NCBI GenBank assembly: GCA_050950825.1
Contig: JBMNIH010000004.1
Coordinates: 160,001 to 224,000 of the forward strand
Source: Clostridia bacterium
GTDB taxonomy: Bacteria > Bacillota > Clostridia > JAAYHZ01
Direction: 5' to 3'
DNA: 64,000 nucleotides
Shown here piece after piece: positions 51,426 to 61,031 of this stretch. Position 1 is the first letter of the stretch; each line of letters starts with the position of its first letter. Below the pieces are notes generated by a model. The model saw only the letters and a program-made list of their open reading frames with translations. It had not been told where the DNA came from and did not search any database. The translations under genes and the position numbers were made by a program.

Positions 51426-52628
51426 ATGAAAAAAAGCAAGACCACGGGTTATTACATAATTTTATTCGCCGTATTTATGACGATGTCATGCAGTCAAAAT
51501 CAAAACGGTATAAAAGATAATCCGGAGCTTATTCAACAGTCACAATACAGGATGACGAGGTGGTTCGGTTTAATCAGGAGCCTTTGGATATCCTGATTTT
51601 CGGATATAATTGGGGCGTTTTAACGCAACCCTTAGATAACATGCCGATAAACCTGGCGAAGCTTTCTCAATTATGCAAGGACGAGTTGGGCTTTGAAATT
51701 CGTATTGCAAAGTGCCGGGATACTATAAATCGGAACAGTTATACAGTAGAGATAGCATCCGGTCGGAGCTTTGATCTTGTATTTCCAAAAAAATTCTTGC
51801 AAATTCAATCGCGATCCGTTGCGGATGATTTTTAGGGCAGGAAGTATCTTGATGACGGAATATATATGGACCTTTCACCCTATTTGGCGCAATTCTGTCC
51901 GGAAGCTATTCTTAATTTTGAACGATATCCGCAAATTAAGAGGCTGTGCACAATAGAAGACAAAATATATGCTATCTATGCCGGGATGCCCGATATTTAC
52001 GCCCCTGCCTTATTTGTTAAAAATGAATTCTTAGAGCAGTATAATATCGAATATATTCATGACTTTGATACTTTGTATAATATTTTGCAGGGTATATACG
52101 CGGACGGCACGGGTATGGAGGACACGGATAAAGTTCTGCTGCACAACGGAAGTAGCTTGCCGGATCTTATTATATGCAGTTCGGGGTGGCGACGATAAAG
52201 CATTACAGGTACTCCGAGGATGGAACCATCGTTCCGGAAAAGAACAATACGATTTACGGTTTTTACAACCTTGTTGCAAACTTTTCAAATAAAGCATTCT
52301 TGTGCGGCAATAAAGGATTCGATATCGGTACGTCATATAGAAATATAACGAACCGTACATTCATTCCGCCGTTTTATGAAATAGCTCCTTGACATCTGAC
52401 GATGTCAGAGACGAACTTTCAAAAATACCATATACCCAAGCCTTGTTGGATTCATGCAATAAAATGATTCAATCTATTTTCGAATCCGGTGAACCGATGT
52501 TACTGCCGTAGTAGAAATAAAGAAAGCAAATATTATTCGGTTCAATGAATTCGGATCCCAATTTTTTTATCGCTTCCGAGGAAGTATTATTGAATATATT
52601 TTATTCACATTTTAGGAATTTAACATAT
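51426..52628 (+). pseudogene. Fragmented solute-binding lipoprotein-like gene
   Basis: Lipobox-like TMSC followed by successive short ORFs in different frames (ASGRSFDLVF; DLSPYLAQFCP...IEDKIYAI); abuts an IS. Confidence 0.6.
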
Positions 52629-54585
52629 GATTCTACTGCAAAAAGCTCATTCTTACACTCGTAAAATTACACTAATGACATAATAAAATCCAATTTATGG
52701 TATTCAATTGCGATAAACGTCCCGAATTTGGGTATCAGCTACCTCGATTCGATATCAAATCGAGGTAGTTTTCATGTGTTTTTTACCTTTTGCCTAATAA
52801 AAGGCACAATAATCCCTTTTGTTTGTCAAGTTGTTACTTTTGCATATCCGCCTTGCAAAAATTTGATAACTCGTTTTATGTTCTGCGCCATTGATAAGAA
52901 TCCGCATACAACGGTTGATTTAATCAAACCGCGTACCTTCATATTATTCAGTCCTGTGCGTTTCAACGCCGAAACGGTTCCTTCGATTCCCGCTCTCTTA
53001 CTAACGTTTTCCTTCCTGCAAGTGGCTATTTCTTCTCGTTTCCTTGCGGTTTCCATTGCTTTTTCACTGATTCTCACCACACAGTTTTTGTTCTGTTGCT
53101 TGCTGTAGCATCTGTTAAAATGCTCGCATTGCAGACAAACATCTGTTTCGAAGTATGCCACCAATTGTCCTTTCGCTCTAACCGATCGGAAAGGCATATG
53201 ACCCGCAGGGCATTTTTCAATCAATCCCGTTTCTTCTTTTATTTCAAACTCACTCACCGAGATCTTGTCCGACGGCTTCCGTCCGCACATGTCCGTCAAA
53301 TGAATTTGGACATCATTGGCTTCCGCGGCTTTGTAAACATCTTCCGAGTGAAAACCTCCGTCTATGTACATGTCGGTACATCCGGTGTTTTCTTTGACCT
53401 TTCGGATTCGCCCGCTTAATATTTCTTTGTCGCTTACAATGTTGGGCTTAACGGCGTAATCGGTAATCAATTGAACTTTGTTGTCTTTCGAGCAGGTTTC
53501 CGATACCTCAAGTACATAGCCGCTTTGCCCTTTATTGCCTTTCTTTCGATAGGTGGCGTCCTCGTCATAGGCGGATTGAAGCGAATCGGACGAGATTTCT
53601 TTGCTCTTCTTCGGTACAAGGTTACCGTTTTTATCGGTCTCCGACTGTTCTTTGATGAACCGTTCCGGTATGCGAACTTCGTCCGATTCTTTCTTGTCGG
53701 GCAGTTCCTTCAATATCTTGAGAGCTTCCGCGCTCATAGACAAAAGCGTCGTAAGCCTGCTTTCCGTATCGACGGTTCTTACCTTATGCAGCATTTCGGT
53801 TTTGAAATCCTTTTCAAGAACCTTCCCCATTGATTCGGGTCTTTGTTCTTTCGGAATGGCTTTTACCCCTTTCTCCAATACGTCGTAAGCCAATGCCAAT
53901 CGACCCGCTTTCTTGATATTGCTTACGAACATGGTCGTATCGGTTCTTTGTTCGTCGAGCGAGGTTCCCGTCAGTTTCGCAAAATTCCTCAGTAACTCTA
54001 TGAATTGACCGAATAAGAGGTTTTCGTCCTCGGGATGCTCCGTCAAATATTCATATACTCTTTCCCGAAAGTAATACAGCGTTCTTTCCGATATGTAAAT
54101 CTCGCCAAGCGTTTTCCCTCCGACGGCATAAGTCGTTTGATAATCAAGATATAGGGAATCCAAAAGATCTTGATCATTCAGATCTTTCATATACTTGATA
54201 TATTCCAAAGACAGCAATATATTCACAGGTGTATTCGGTCTGCCTGTCTTGCTGTACAATTTCGCAAAAGGTTCTTCGTTGATATGGCAAAATACATGTT
54301 CATAGAATACAGGTGCCCAAGATTTTTTAAATCTTTCGCGTGCTTTTTCATGCATCCAATCGAGACTTGAGAAAATCGGTTGTTGTTTATGTGAATCGTT
54401 TGCTCTGAACATAAAATATATCTCCGGAAAATTCAAAATATGGATTAATGAAACATATCTATTTTACCATAAAACCTGTCTCAAGTCTAGTGTTTTCAAG
54501 TGTTTCGAGGCTTTTTAAGAGCCTTTTATGAAATTTTCTAGGTACATTAATTGTATAGATTTACTTGAGTTTTTGCAGTAGAATC
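52629..54585 (-). mobile_element. IS1182/IS5-like insertion sequence, copy 2 (1957 bp)
   Basis: Same IRs as copy 1, inverted; direct repeat AACATAT (52622-52628, 54586-54592). Confidence 0.9.
52826..54412 (-). CDS. DDE transposase (IS1182/IS5-like), copy 2
   Basis: Nearly identical to 24339-25925. Confidence 0.9.
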   Translation of the reverse strand: MFRANDSHKQQPIFSSLDWMHEKARERFKKSWAPVFYEHVFCHINEEPFAKLYSKTGRPNTPVNILLSLEYIKYMKDLNDQDLLDSLYLDYQTTYAVGGKTLGEIYISERTLYYFRERVYEYLTEHPEDENLLFGQFIELLRNFAKLTGTSLDEQRTDTTMFVSNIKKAGRLALAYDVLEKGVKAIPKEQRPESMGKVLEKDFKTEMLHKVRTVDTESRLTTLLSMSAEALKILKELPDKKESDEVRIPERFIKEQSETDKNGNLVPKKSKEISSDSLQSAYDEDATYRKKGNKGQSGYVLEVSETCSKDNKVQLITDYAVKPNIVSDKEILSGRIRKVKENTGCTDMYIDGGFHSEDVYKAAEANDVQIHLTDMCGRKPSDKISVSEFEIKEETGLIEKCPAGHMPFRSVRAKGQLVAYFETDVCLQCEHFNRCYSKQQNKNCVVRISEKAMETARKREEIATCRKENVSKRAGIEGTVSALKRTGLNNMKVRGLIKSTVVCGFLSMAQNIKRVIKFLQGGYAKVTT

Positions 54586-54989
54586 AACATATACTTTATC
54601 GGAAGTATATTCGATAAGTAATCCGCTGTAATATGCATGAATAGCGGATTACAGCGGATATGTTTTTTACCTATATTGTAGTATTATATGGCTTTTTTTG
54701 CTTTTCCAAAAACATTCTCCTTGCTTTCAAGAAAGGGCTCAATTGCAAAAGTAAAATCTAGTTTGCAGAAGTAAGTTCTGTAGAAAAGTTAAAAAATACA
54801 ATGCAGTTATGTTTTTAGTGCTTAAATAGTGGTAAAATTAAGGGGAAGTTAGGTATATAGGCTAAAGTTGGGTATAGCAAACATAAGGTAGAATGAAGTC
54901 GCAGTTTTTCGCAATACTAAATTCTACCCCTCTAGGATGAGGTGATTAGATGATGTTGTATCTCGGCAAGCATTCGGTGTTACTGTTTT

Positions 54990-55181
54990 TTAGTAATCAA
55001 TCGCCGAATCCGTTGGATTGAGAATTGATTGGATTTCGGCTAATTGGTTCTTCAGCAAATCCCGCTCTTCACGGAGCCGGTAGATGCTTTCCAATAGGTA
55101 TTCAATGTATTCATCGGCTGAAAGAGGTATTGAGTTACCGTATTCATCAAAGAGAACATCATGATAAATCTTTTTCATCAT
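54990..55181 (-). CDS. Small IS passenger ORF, copy 2
   Basis: Identical translation to 33816-34007. Confidence 0.6.
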   Translation of the reverse strand: MMKKIYHDVLFDEYGNSIPLSADEYIEYLLESIYRLREERDLLKNQLAEIQSILNPTDSAIDY

Positions 55182-56487
55182 CAGACACCTCTTTCGATGA
55201 CTTAAGCAAAGCCGGAGTGAGCGTAACCTCATCCGCCGGAATTTCCTTAAGACCTAATTTTTGGAGAACCATTTCTCCATAAAAGAAGCTGAATACAGCA
55301 ATAGGGGGCTTGTCATTCAGCTTTTTTCTTATCAGTGAATTGATATGATTGGCCAAAAGATCAACAGAGCTTTGAGATAAACCATCAAAGGATGTTCCTC
55401 TAGGTAGAATCATGCGGATGTATTCGTGATTTCGTTCGATTTCCGCTTTTTGATGCGGAGAAGATTTTTCACAGTAAAATATTCTTGTTCGCAAGTTGCC
55501 AAAAGAATCATACTCGATGGCTGTCGGATTGGTGAACTCAGATCCGTTATCACTGAGTATGACCGGAAACAATCTCATAAAATCCTCTCTGCCGAGCAAC
55601 CGGTCCAAGTAATTAAAAATATCGATGACCGATTGCGAAGTATTGTGATCTCTCAGGAAAATCAACATCAAGTCCGACCGAGTAAAGAATATCGTCAATA
55701 GAACTTTTCCACCTTTCTTTCCTTCGACCGTGTCCATCTGTACTACCGGAATATCAGGATGTTCTTCCATATACTTTTGAAAGTCCTGATAGGTACGTCC
55801 GATACGACAACGTTTGTCTACTTTGAAAGTCAATTCGCGGCGTCGGGGTCGATATCTTACCTTTCGAGGCAGATCAATATTACGAATGGACAGAACGCCT
55901 TGGTCGATCAGTTTGTAAATCGTTCGTTCACTGCACAGGATTTTATTGGCTTGAGATACACAAATATGATGGATGGATTGCTTCTTTTTCACCAAAGGGG
56001 CGAGAAGTTCATCCATATACGCAAGCTCGTCTTCCGAAAAAGAAATACCCGTTCGGCTGTCGACCAAATTCTGCCGATAGCTGTCGTTGGCGGGGATAGC
56101 ACGATAGAAATATTTGGACAATACACATATATCCTTTTGATTGCATCCGTTGCAGACATAAGGCGGCTTGGAAAGCTTCGGACAATGTTCTTCTTGGAAG
56201 TTGGAACATAACCTGTTGCACTTTTTGCAGAGTCTGCAAAATGATTTGCTGCAAGACATGTCGTCGCATAAGCCAAAGGTAGTGCAAGAGAATCTATGAA
56301 TGCATCTATTAGGGGTACGTCCGCCGGAACCCGTAAATATCGGAACCCGATTTTTACGTATTTCTTTGGAAATTGTGGAAGGATCCTTGTCCAGATGGAG
56401 GGCTATCTGACGAAAAGAAAGCCCGTTATTCAAACCGGTATGTATGAAATTACGGTCGTCAAGGGTTAAATGTTTGTTATTTGGCAT
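55159..56487 (-). CDS. IS30-family transposase, copy 2
   Basis: Identical translation to copy 1. Confidence 0.92.
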   Translation of the reverse strand: MPNNKHLTLDDRNFIHTGLNNGLSFRQIALHLDKDPSTISKEIRKNRVPIFTGSGGRTPNRCIHRFSCTTFGLCDDMSCSKSFCRLCKKCNRLCSNFQEEHCPKLSKPPYVCNGCNQKDICVLSKYFYRAIPANDSYRQNLVDSRTGISFSEDELAYMDELLAPLVKKKQSIHHICVSQANKILCSERTIYKLIDQGVLSIRNIDLPRKVRYRPRRRELTFKVDKRCRIGRTYQDFQKYMEEHPDIPVVQMDTVEGKKGGKVLLTIFFTRSDLMLIFLRDHNTSQSVIDIFNYLDRLLGREDFMRLFPVILSDNGSEFTNPTAIEYDSFGNLRTRIFYCEKSSPHQKAEIERNHEYIRMILPRGTSFDGLSQSSVDLLANHINSLIRKKLNDKPPIAVFSFFYGEMVLQKLGLKEIPADEVTLTPALLKSSKEVSDDEKDLS

Positions 56488-56820
56488 GACTAGCGCTCCT
56501 TTCAAACACCGGCTTGCCGAGAAACAATAACACCACATAAATAAAATTATACTGTTGAATTCACAAGATGTAAGTACAGAAATGAAGATCTGTGGAATAT
56601 AAAAAGTGTTTGTCTTATGGAGAATGTCAGTAAAGCTATCCAACCTTATGTCTATCGATAAATCAGGCAATAAATCCGAGGACATGATAAAATGATATTT
56701 GTAAGGTTAATTTCTACATGTAGATTTGCAGGTTTAAGTTCTATAATTGTGGCACTAAGGGTAGAATTTAATTTTGCAATTCACACTTTCAAGAAAGGTA
56801 TATAATTATAGCATTCTTTG

Positions 56821-56850
56821 TTGACGAGCATAATTATACTTTGCTATAAT
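56821..56850 (+). promoter_or_regulatory. sigmaA promoter of lipoprotein gene 56989
   Basis: TTGACG-18-TATAAT with TG extension. Confidence 0.72.
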
Positions 56851-56988
56851 TGCGATATGTTATTGAAAAAAACGTGCCGGATATGTGATATTCGGTTGTG
56901 ACCTTGTTAGATAAGAATTGCATCTGCTTTTTTACGGCGGATGTAAATTCAATAGATATATTAACCATTTATAAGGAGGTACTATTTT

Positions 56989-58926
56989 ATGTCTAGGCAC
57001 GTAATACGACTTATTAGTATGGTCGTGCTATTTGGTGTGATGTTTTCTATGATTGCTTGTTCCAGTTCGACGGAGCAGCCGCAAGCGACAACGACAACGA
57101 CTGCAGCGGCTACGACAACAAAAGCCGTTACAACCACGGCGGGCCAAGCGACAACGACAGCGGCTGCGACAACTACCCAAGCCGTAGAAGCCAATCCCTT
57201 TGCCGAATTCTTTGAAATCACGTGGATCGCTACGATCACAACGGATTACCAAGAAGGCGGATTCGATGAAAAGATGTTAGAAGAAAGATATAACATCGAC
57301 TTGAAACCTTGGGCTATCAGTACGTACGATCCGGAAGGAATCGCCATGATGTTGGCGGCAGGTGATATGCCCGATATCAGCCACTTGGACCACTCTCCCT
57401 TAGCGCCCCCCGCGTTGTACGAGCAAGGACTTACTCGTCTGATCAACATCGAAATGTATAAAAAATATTTCCCCTACTATTATGAATTGATGTTGCAGAA
57501 CGAACCGACTTCGATTATTCATAACAACTGCAGAAACGAAGACGGCAGCTTGTCCGACAACTTCTATGGAGTTTCCTATGTTGTAGACAACAAATGGTAT
57601 TATAACGTTCCCTTGGCTCGTTACGACTGGTTGGAAAACATCGGATTCAGCATCGACGAAAGCTTGCTGACCCCGATCCAGTTGACCGACGAAAAACTGG
57701 GTAAATACAGCGGACAAGTGTACATAACCAGTTATATTTGGAGCTTCGAAGATATGAACGAAATCTTCAGAGCTTTCACCGAAGACGACCCGGACGGAAA
57801 CGGTGAAGACGATACCTACGGCGGTGTCATATTTGACCACAGCTTTAAATCTCACTGGACGGATCTTTGGTGGGGACAATTCGGTGTCGTTTCCTCCGAC
57901 GGAAACTTCCTGTATGAAGACCCCATCACGGGCGACATCGTTCCTTGGTACGCTTATGTCGGAACCCGCGATTACATGAAGTGGGTTGTTGACATGAGAG
58001 ACAAAGGATATTTGAGAACCCTGCCGGAAGGATTCCAGAGCTTGGCGCCGCAAGGTTCTTGGTATGACAACCTGTTGGCGAACTGGATGACCGGTAAGAT
58101 CGGATACTTCTTCTGCGACAGACAATACATCTGCAGACCGGACTTCCCCGAATACTCCGACAGACAACCGCCGCAGAGCATCTGGCTCAATGCAGGTGAC
58201 GAAAATGCGACCTTCGTAACATGGCCGGTATTAGGAAACGCTTACGGTTGGGAACCGAACAACAAGTGGGGAACGAGAAGATACAATCTTGACGCTTTCG
58301 GATCGGGTACCTTCAGAACCTGGTTGGTAGGAAAACAAGTTTCCGATGAAAAGCTCGCTCGCGTTTTGACCATGTGGAATGACGCCAACTCTTCTCCTAT
58401 CGACGATCCTTACTGGTCGGTTGTACGTTTCGGTATTGAAGGCGTTCACTACAAGTGGACAGGCGAACCTTGGAACTCCAGCCGAATCACCACCGAAGCG
58501 ACCAAGATTCCTCCGCACTACAGAAGCTACGGCGGATTCATCGGAATATTCAGCTCCGGCGGACCGAACTTAATCGGTAACGAAGCTATGTCTCAATACA
58601 CAAAGATCCTGTACAGCGAAGAATGGTACAAATACTACTGTATCGAACCGATCAAGTACTGGAGCTCCGCATATGTTCCCGACGATATGATGAAGGAATT
58701 CAATGATTACTGGGCTACAATCAGTGCCGATATCAACAATATCATTGCCGACTTCCGCAATCGTTCTTGGAACGGACAGATCGCCAACTACGAAACCGAA
58801 TGGGAACAATACATCAACCGCTTATATGATGCAGGTCTTGACAAGCTTGTTGAAAACTTCTACAACAACGACAAATTTGCATACTACAAGACTCCCGACT
58901 TGGATATCATTTGGCCGACGAAATAA
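56989..58926 (+). CDS. Large solute-binding lipoprotein, tandem copy A
   Basis: Lipobox MIAC, Thr/Ala linker, AAGDMPD, AFTEDDPDGNGEDDT, GIEGVHY; AAGGAGG RBS. Confidence 0.85.
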   Translation: MSRHVIRLISMVVLFGVMFSMIACSSSTEQPQATTTTTAAATTTKAVTTTAGQATTTAAATTTQAVEANPFAEFFEITWIATITTDYQEGGFDEKMLEERYNIDLKPWAISTYDPEGIAMMLAAGDMPDISHLDHSPLAPPALYEQGLTRLINIEMYKKYFPYYYELMLQNEPTSIIHNNCRNEDGSLSDNFYGVSYVVDNKWYYNVPLARYDWLENIGFSIDESLLTPIQLTDEKLGKYSGQVYITSYIWSFEDMNEIFRAFTEDDPDGNGEDDTYGGVIFDHSFKSHWTDLWWGQFGVVSSDGNFLYEDPITGDIVPWYAYVGTRDYMKWVVDMRDKGYLRTLPEGFQSLAPQGSWYDNLLANWMTGKIGYFFCDRQYICRPDFPEYSDRQPPQSIWLNAGDENATFVTWPVLGNAYGWEPNNKWGTRRYNLDAFGSGTFRTWLVGKQVSDEKLARVLTMWNDANSSPIDDPYWSVVRFGIEGVHYKWTGEPWNSSRITTEATKIPPHYRSYGGFIGIFSSGGPNLIGNEAMSQYTKILYSEEWYKYYCIEPIKYWSSAYVPDDMMKEFNDYWATISADINNIIADFRNRSWNGQIANYETEWEQYINRLYDAGLDKLVENFYNNDKFAYYKTPDLDIIWPTK

Positions 58927-58945
58927 TGAAGTATAAGAAGTGAAG

Positions 58946-58987
58946 AAAAGCCGTACCGGAGACAACTCTCCGCCGTACGGCTTTTTT
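58946..58987 (+). terminator. Intrinsic terminator
   Basis: AAAAGCCGTACCGGAG...CTCCGCCGTACGGCTTTTTT. Confidence 0.8.
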
Positions 58988-59022
58988 AATGCTTTTTGAG
59001 TAGGAGCCGGCGAAAAACAAAA

Positions 59023-60798
59023 CATAGAGTAAAGTTACTGTAGGGATTGAGGAATAAAATACCAGCTATAATTGAAAAGAAGATGACATCCTGTTAAGAT
59101 ATATTTAATAAACCTAAAACAAATATTCTTAAGAAAGGATGTCATCTATGTACAATAGTATAAACCATTTTATCGAATTTGGGGTAAAAAATATTGAAAA
59201 AAGGGTTAAAGATTTTGTAAGTAACGGTGGAGACTTGGCAGACTTGATCCTGAATTTAAAAGAAGATGTGTTTGAACTTATTAGAAATATCTTACAAGAA
59301 GTAATTGAAGATATGGATGATCTATTGAGAAACAATGAAGAGAGAAAAAAGTACCGGGAAATTATCAGAAAAGACGAAAACAAGATTTTAACGATTTTCG
59401 GAGAGGTTAGATATAGCAGGACATATTTTAAGCTGAAAAATGGAGGTAAACGAGAATACTTGGTCGATAAGATTATAGGAATAGAACCGCATGATAGAGT
59501 AAGTGCAGATGTCGTTATTAATGTAATAGAAGAAGCCGTTGAAAGCAGTTACAGGAAAGCGGGAGAAATGGCCACATACCTTGATGAAATCAGCAAACAA
59601 GCGGTAATGAAGAAAATACATAATCCGGAGATCATCGAGCCCGAAATAAAGGTGGAAAAAAAGAAGAAGTTGAAAACATTGTACGTCGAGGCGGATGAGG
59701 ATTATGTATCTTTACAAACCAAGTGTGTATCAAAAGAAAAGAAAGGCACAAAAAAGAAAGTCACACCGAAACTTGTTTATGTGCATGAGGGAATTGATAC
59801 GGAAAAAAGCAGCAAAAACAGAAATGTATTAAAGAATGTCCGCTATTTCGGAGAAATATGTGAAAACACGGATGATCTTTGGATTAAAGTGGCGGACTAC
59901 ATAGACGAACAGTACGATGTCGAATGCTTGGAAACCATATACTTATCGGGTGACGGAGCTTCATGGATTAAGAATGGTCTGAATTGGCTGCCAAAGAGTA
60001 AGTTTGTGTTGGATAACTTCCATCTAAAAAAATACATTAAACAAGCAACGGCTCATTTGGATGACGGAACGATACGGCAAGAACTGGAGGAAGCGATAAA
60101 CCATGCCGATAAAAACAAAGTGAAGGAGACATTTGAAAAAATAATTGAATTGACAAGCAATGATAGCAAACTGGAAACCATAAAAGGTGCAAAGCGATAT
60201 ATATTAAATAATTGGGACGGGATAAAAATAAAAAAAGACAAGGGGGCTGAAATTGTCGGCTGTAGTGCGGAAGGTCATATAAGTCATGTATATTCCGATC
60301 GTTTGAGTACACGCCCCGGAGGATGGTCTAAAATCGGTGTAGAAAAGATGTCGAAGTTATTGATCTATACAAAGAACGGCGGAAGGGTATATGACTTGGT
60401 TATGGCACAAAAGCGAAGAAAAGCAGCGGTCAAAAAACGAGAAGAACAAGAAATACTGATAAAAGAATTAAGGAGATTATCAAGCGGTTATGAGAATGTA
60501 TGGAACAGTAAACTAACGGTTCTTGCGAAAGGGCATAAAACCGGTTTATACAATGAATTGAAATGGTTAAGAGGCTTGTGTGGATAAGATTGTAGGGAAA
60601 ACCCGACTTCTTACAAAAGGTGATGTTGATGTGATATAATTGGGTAGACAACAACCACGAATACGTGAAGAGTCTGCTCCATCCGGCAGATTATATGAGG
60701 GATTCTTGCTATTAGCAGCATTCCCATAGTAGTGTTGCTCTAACAAAAATTCAGGATGTCATCTATTCATTTTTTCCCTACAGTAAGTTGACACTATC
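59023..60798 (+). mobile_element. ISLre2-family insertion sequence (1776 bp)
   Basis: IRs CATAGAGTAAAGTTACTGTAGGGA / GATAGTGTCAACTTACTGTAGGGA; 8-bp direct repeat AAACAAAA (59015-59022, 60799-60806). Confidence 0.9.
59148..60587 (+). CDS. ISLre2-family (UPF0236) transposase
   Basis: TIFGEVRYSRTYF, LYVEADED, SGDGASWI, LDNFH, GCSAEGHISH, GWS. Confidence 0.9.
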   Translation: MYNSINHFIEFGVKNIEKRVKDFVSNGGDLADLILNLKEDVFELIRNILQEVIEDMDDLLRNNEERKKYREIIRKDENKILTIFGEVRYSRTYFKLKNGGKREYLVDKIIGIEPHDRVSADVVINVIEEAVESSYRKAGEMATYLDEISKQAVMKKIHNPEIIEPEIKVEKKKKLKTLYVEADEDYVSLQTKCVSKEKKGTKKKVTPKLVYVHEGIDTEKSSKNRNVLKNVRYFGEICENTDDLWIKVADYIDEQYDVECLETIYLSGDGASWIKNGLNWLPKSKFVLDNFHLKKYIKQATAHLDDGTIRQELEEAINHADKNKVKETFEKIIELTSNDSKLETIKGAKRYILNNWDGIKIKKDKGAEIVGCSAEGHISHVYSDRLSTRPGGWSKIGVEKMSKLLIYTKNGGRVYDLVMAQKRRKAAVKKREEQEILIKELRRLSSGYENVWNSKLTVLAKGHKTGLYNELKWLRGLCG

Positions 60799-60814
60799 AA
60801 ACAAAAAATCTCTA

Positions 60815-60843
60815 TTGACTATAATGTGTATGGATGTTAGAAT
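60815..60843 (+). promoter_or_regulatory. sigmaA promoter of lipoprotein gene 61032
   Basis: TTGACT-17-TAGAAT with TG extension. Confidence 0.75.
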
Positions 60844-61031
60844 AAGGTAAGTGTGTGATATAAATGTCCAATATGTAAATAGTATTATTTGATGACGGGA
60901 ATTAATATATTAAATAAATACAGTAATTTATAGAGAAAAAAATAGAGAGAGAATTTTAATAAACAGGAATTCACATTTGCAATGCAAATGTCAGTTCAAA
61001 ACTAAATATTATATAATAAGGAGGAACTATT

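Larger units (their letters stand above)
54737..56785 (-). mobile_element. IS30-like insertion sequence, copy 2 (2049 bp)
   Basis: Appears identical to copy 1; 13-bp direct repeat CTTTCAAGAAAGG (54724-54736, 56786-56798). Confidence 0.92.

Noticed and set aside
24166-54585. Composite transposon or inversion bounded by the inverted IS1182-like copies
   Set aside because: Each copy keeps its own matching target duplication, indicating independent insertions with no rearrangement between them. The same holds for the IS30-like pair.
57400-58167. 255-aa antisense ORF (and its twin at 61443-62210)
   Set aside because: Explained by codon bias of the sense gene and by the duplication; no RBS or recognisable motifs.
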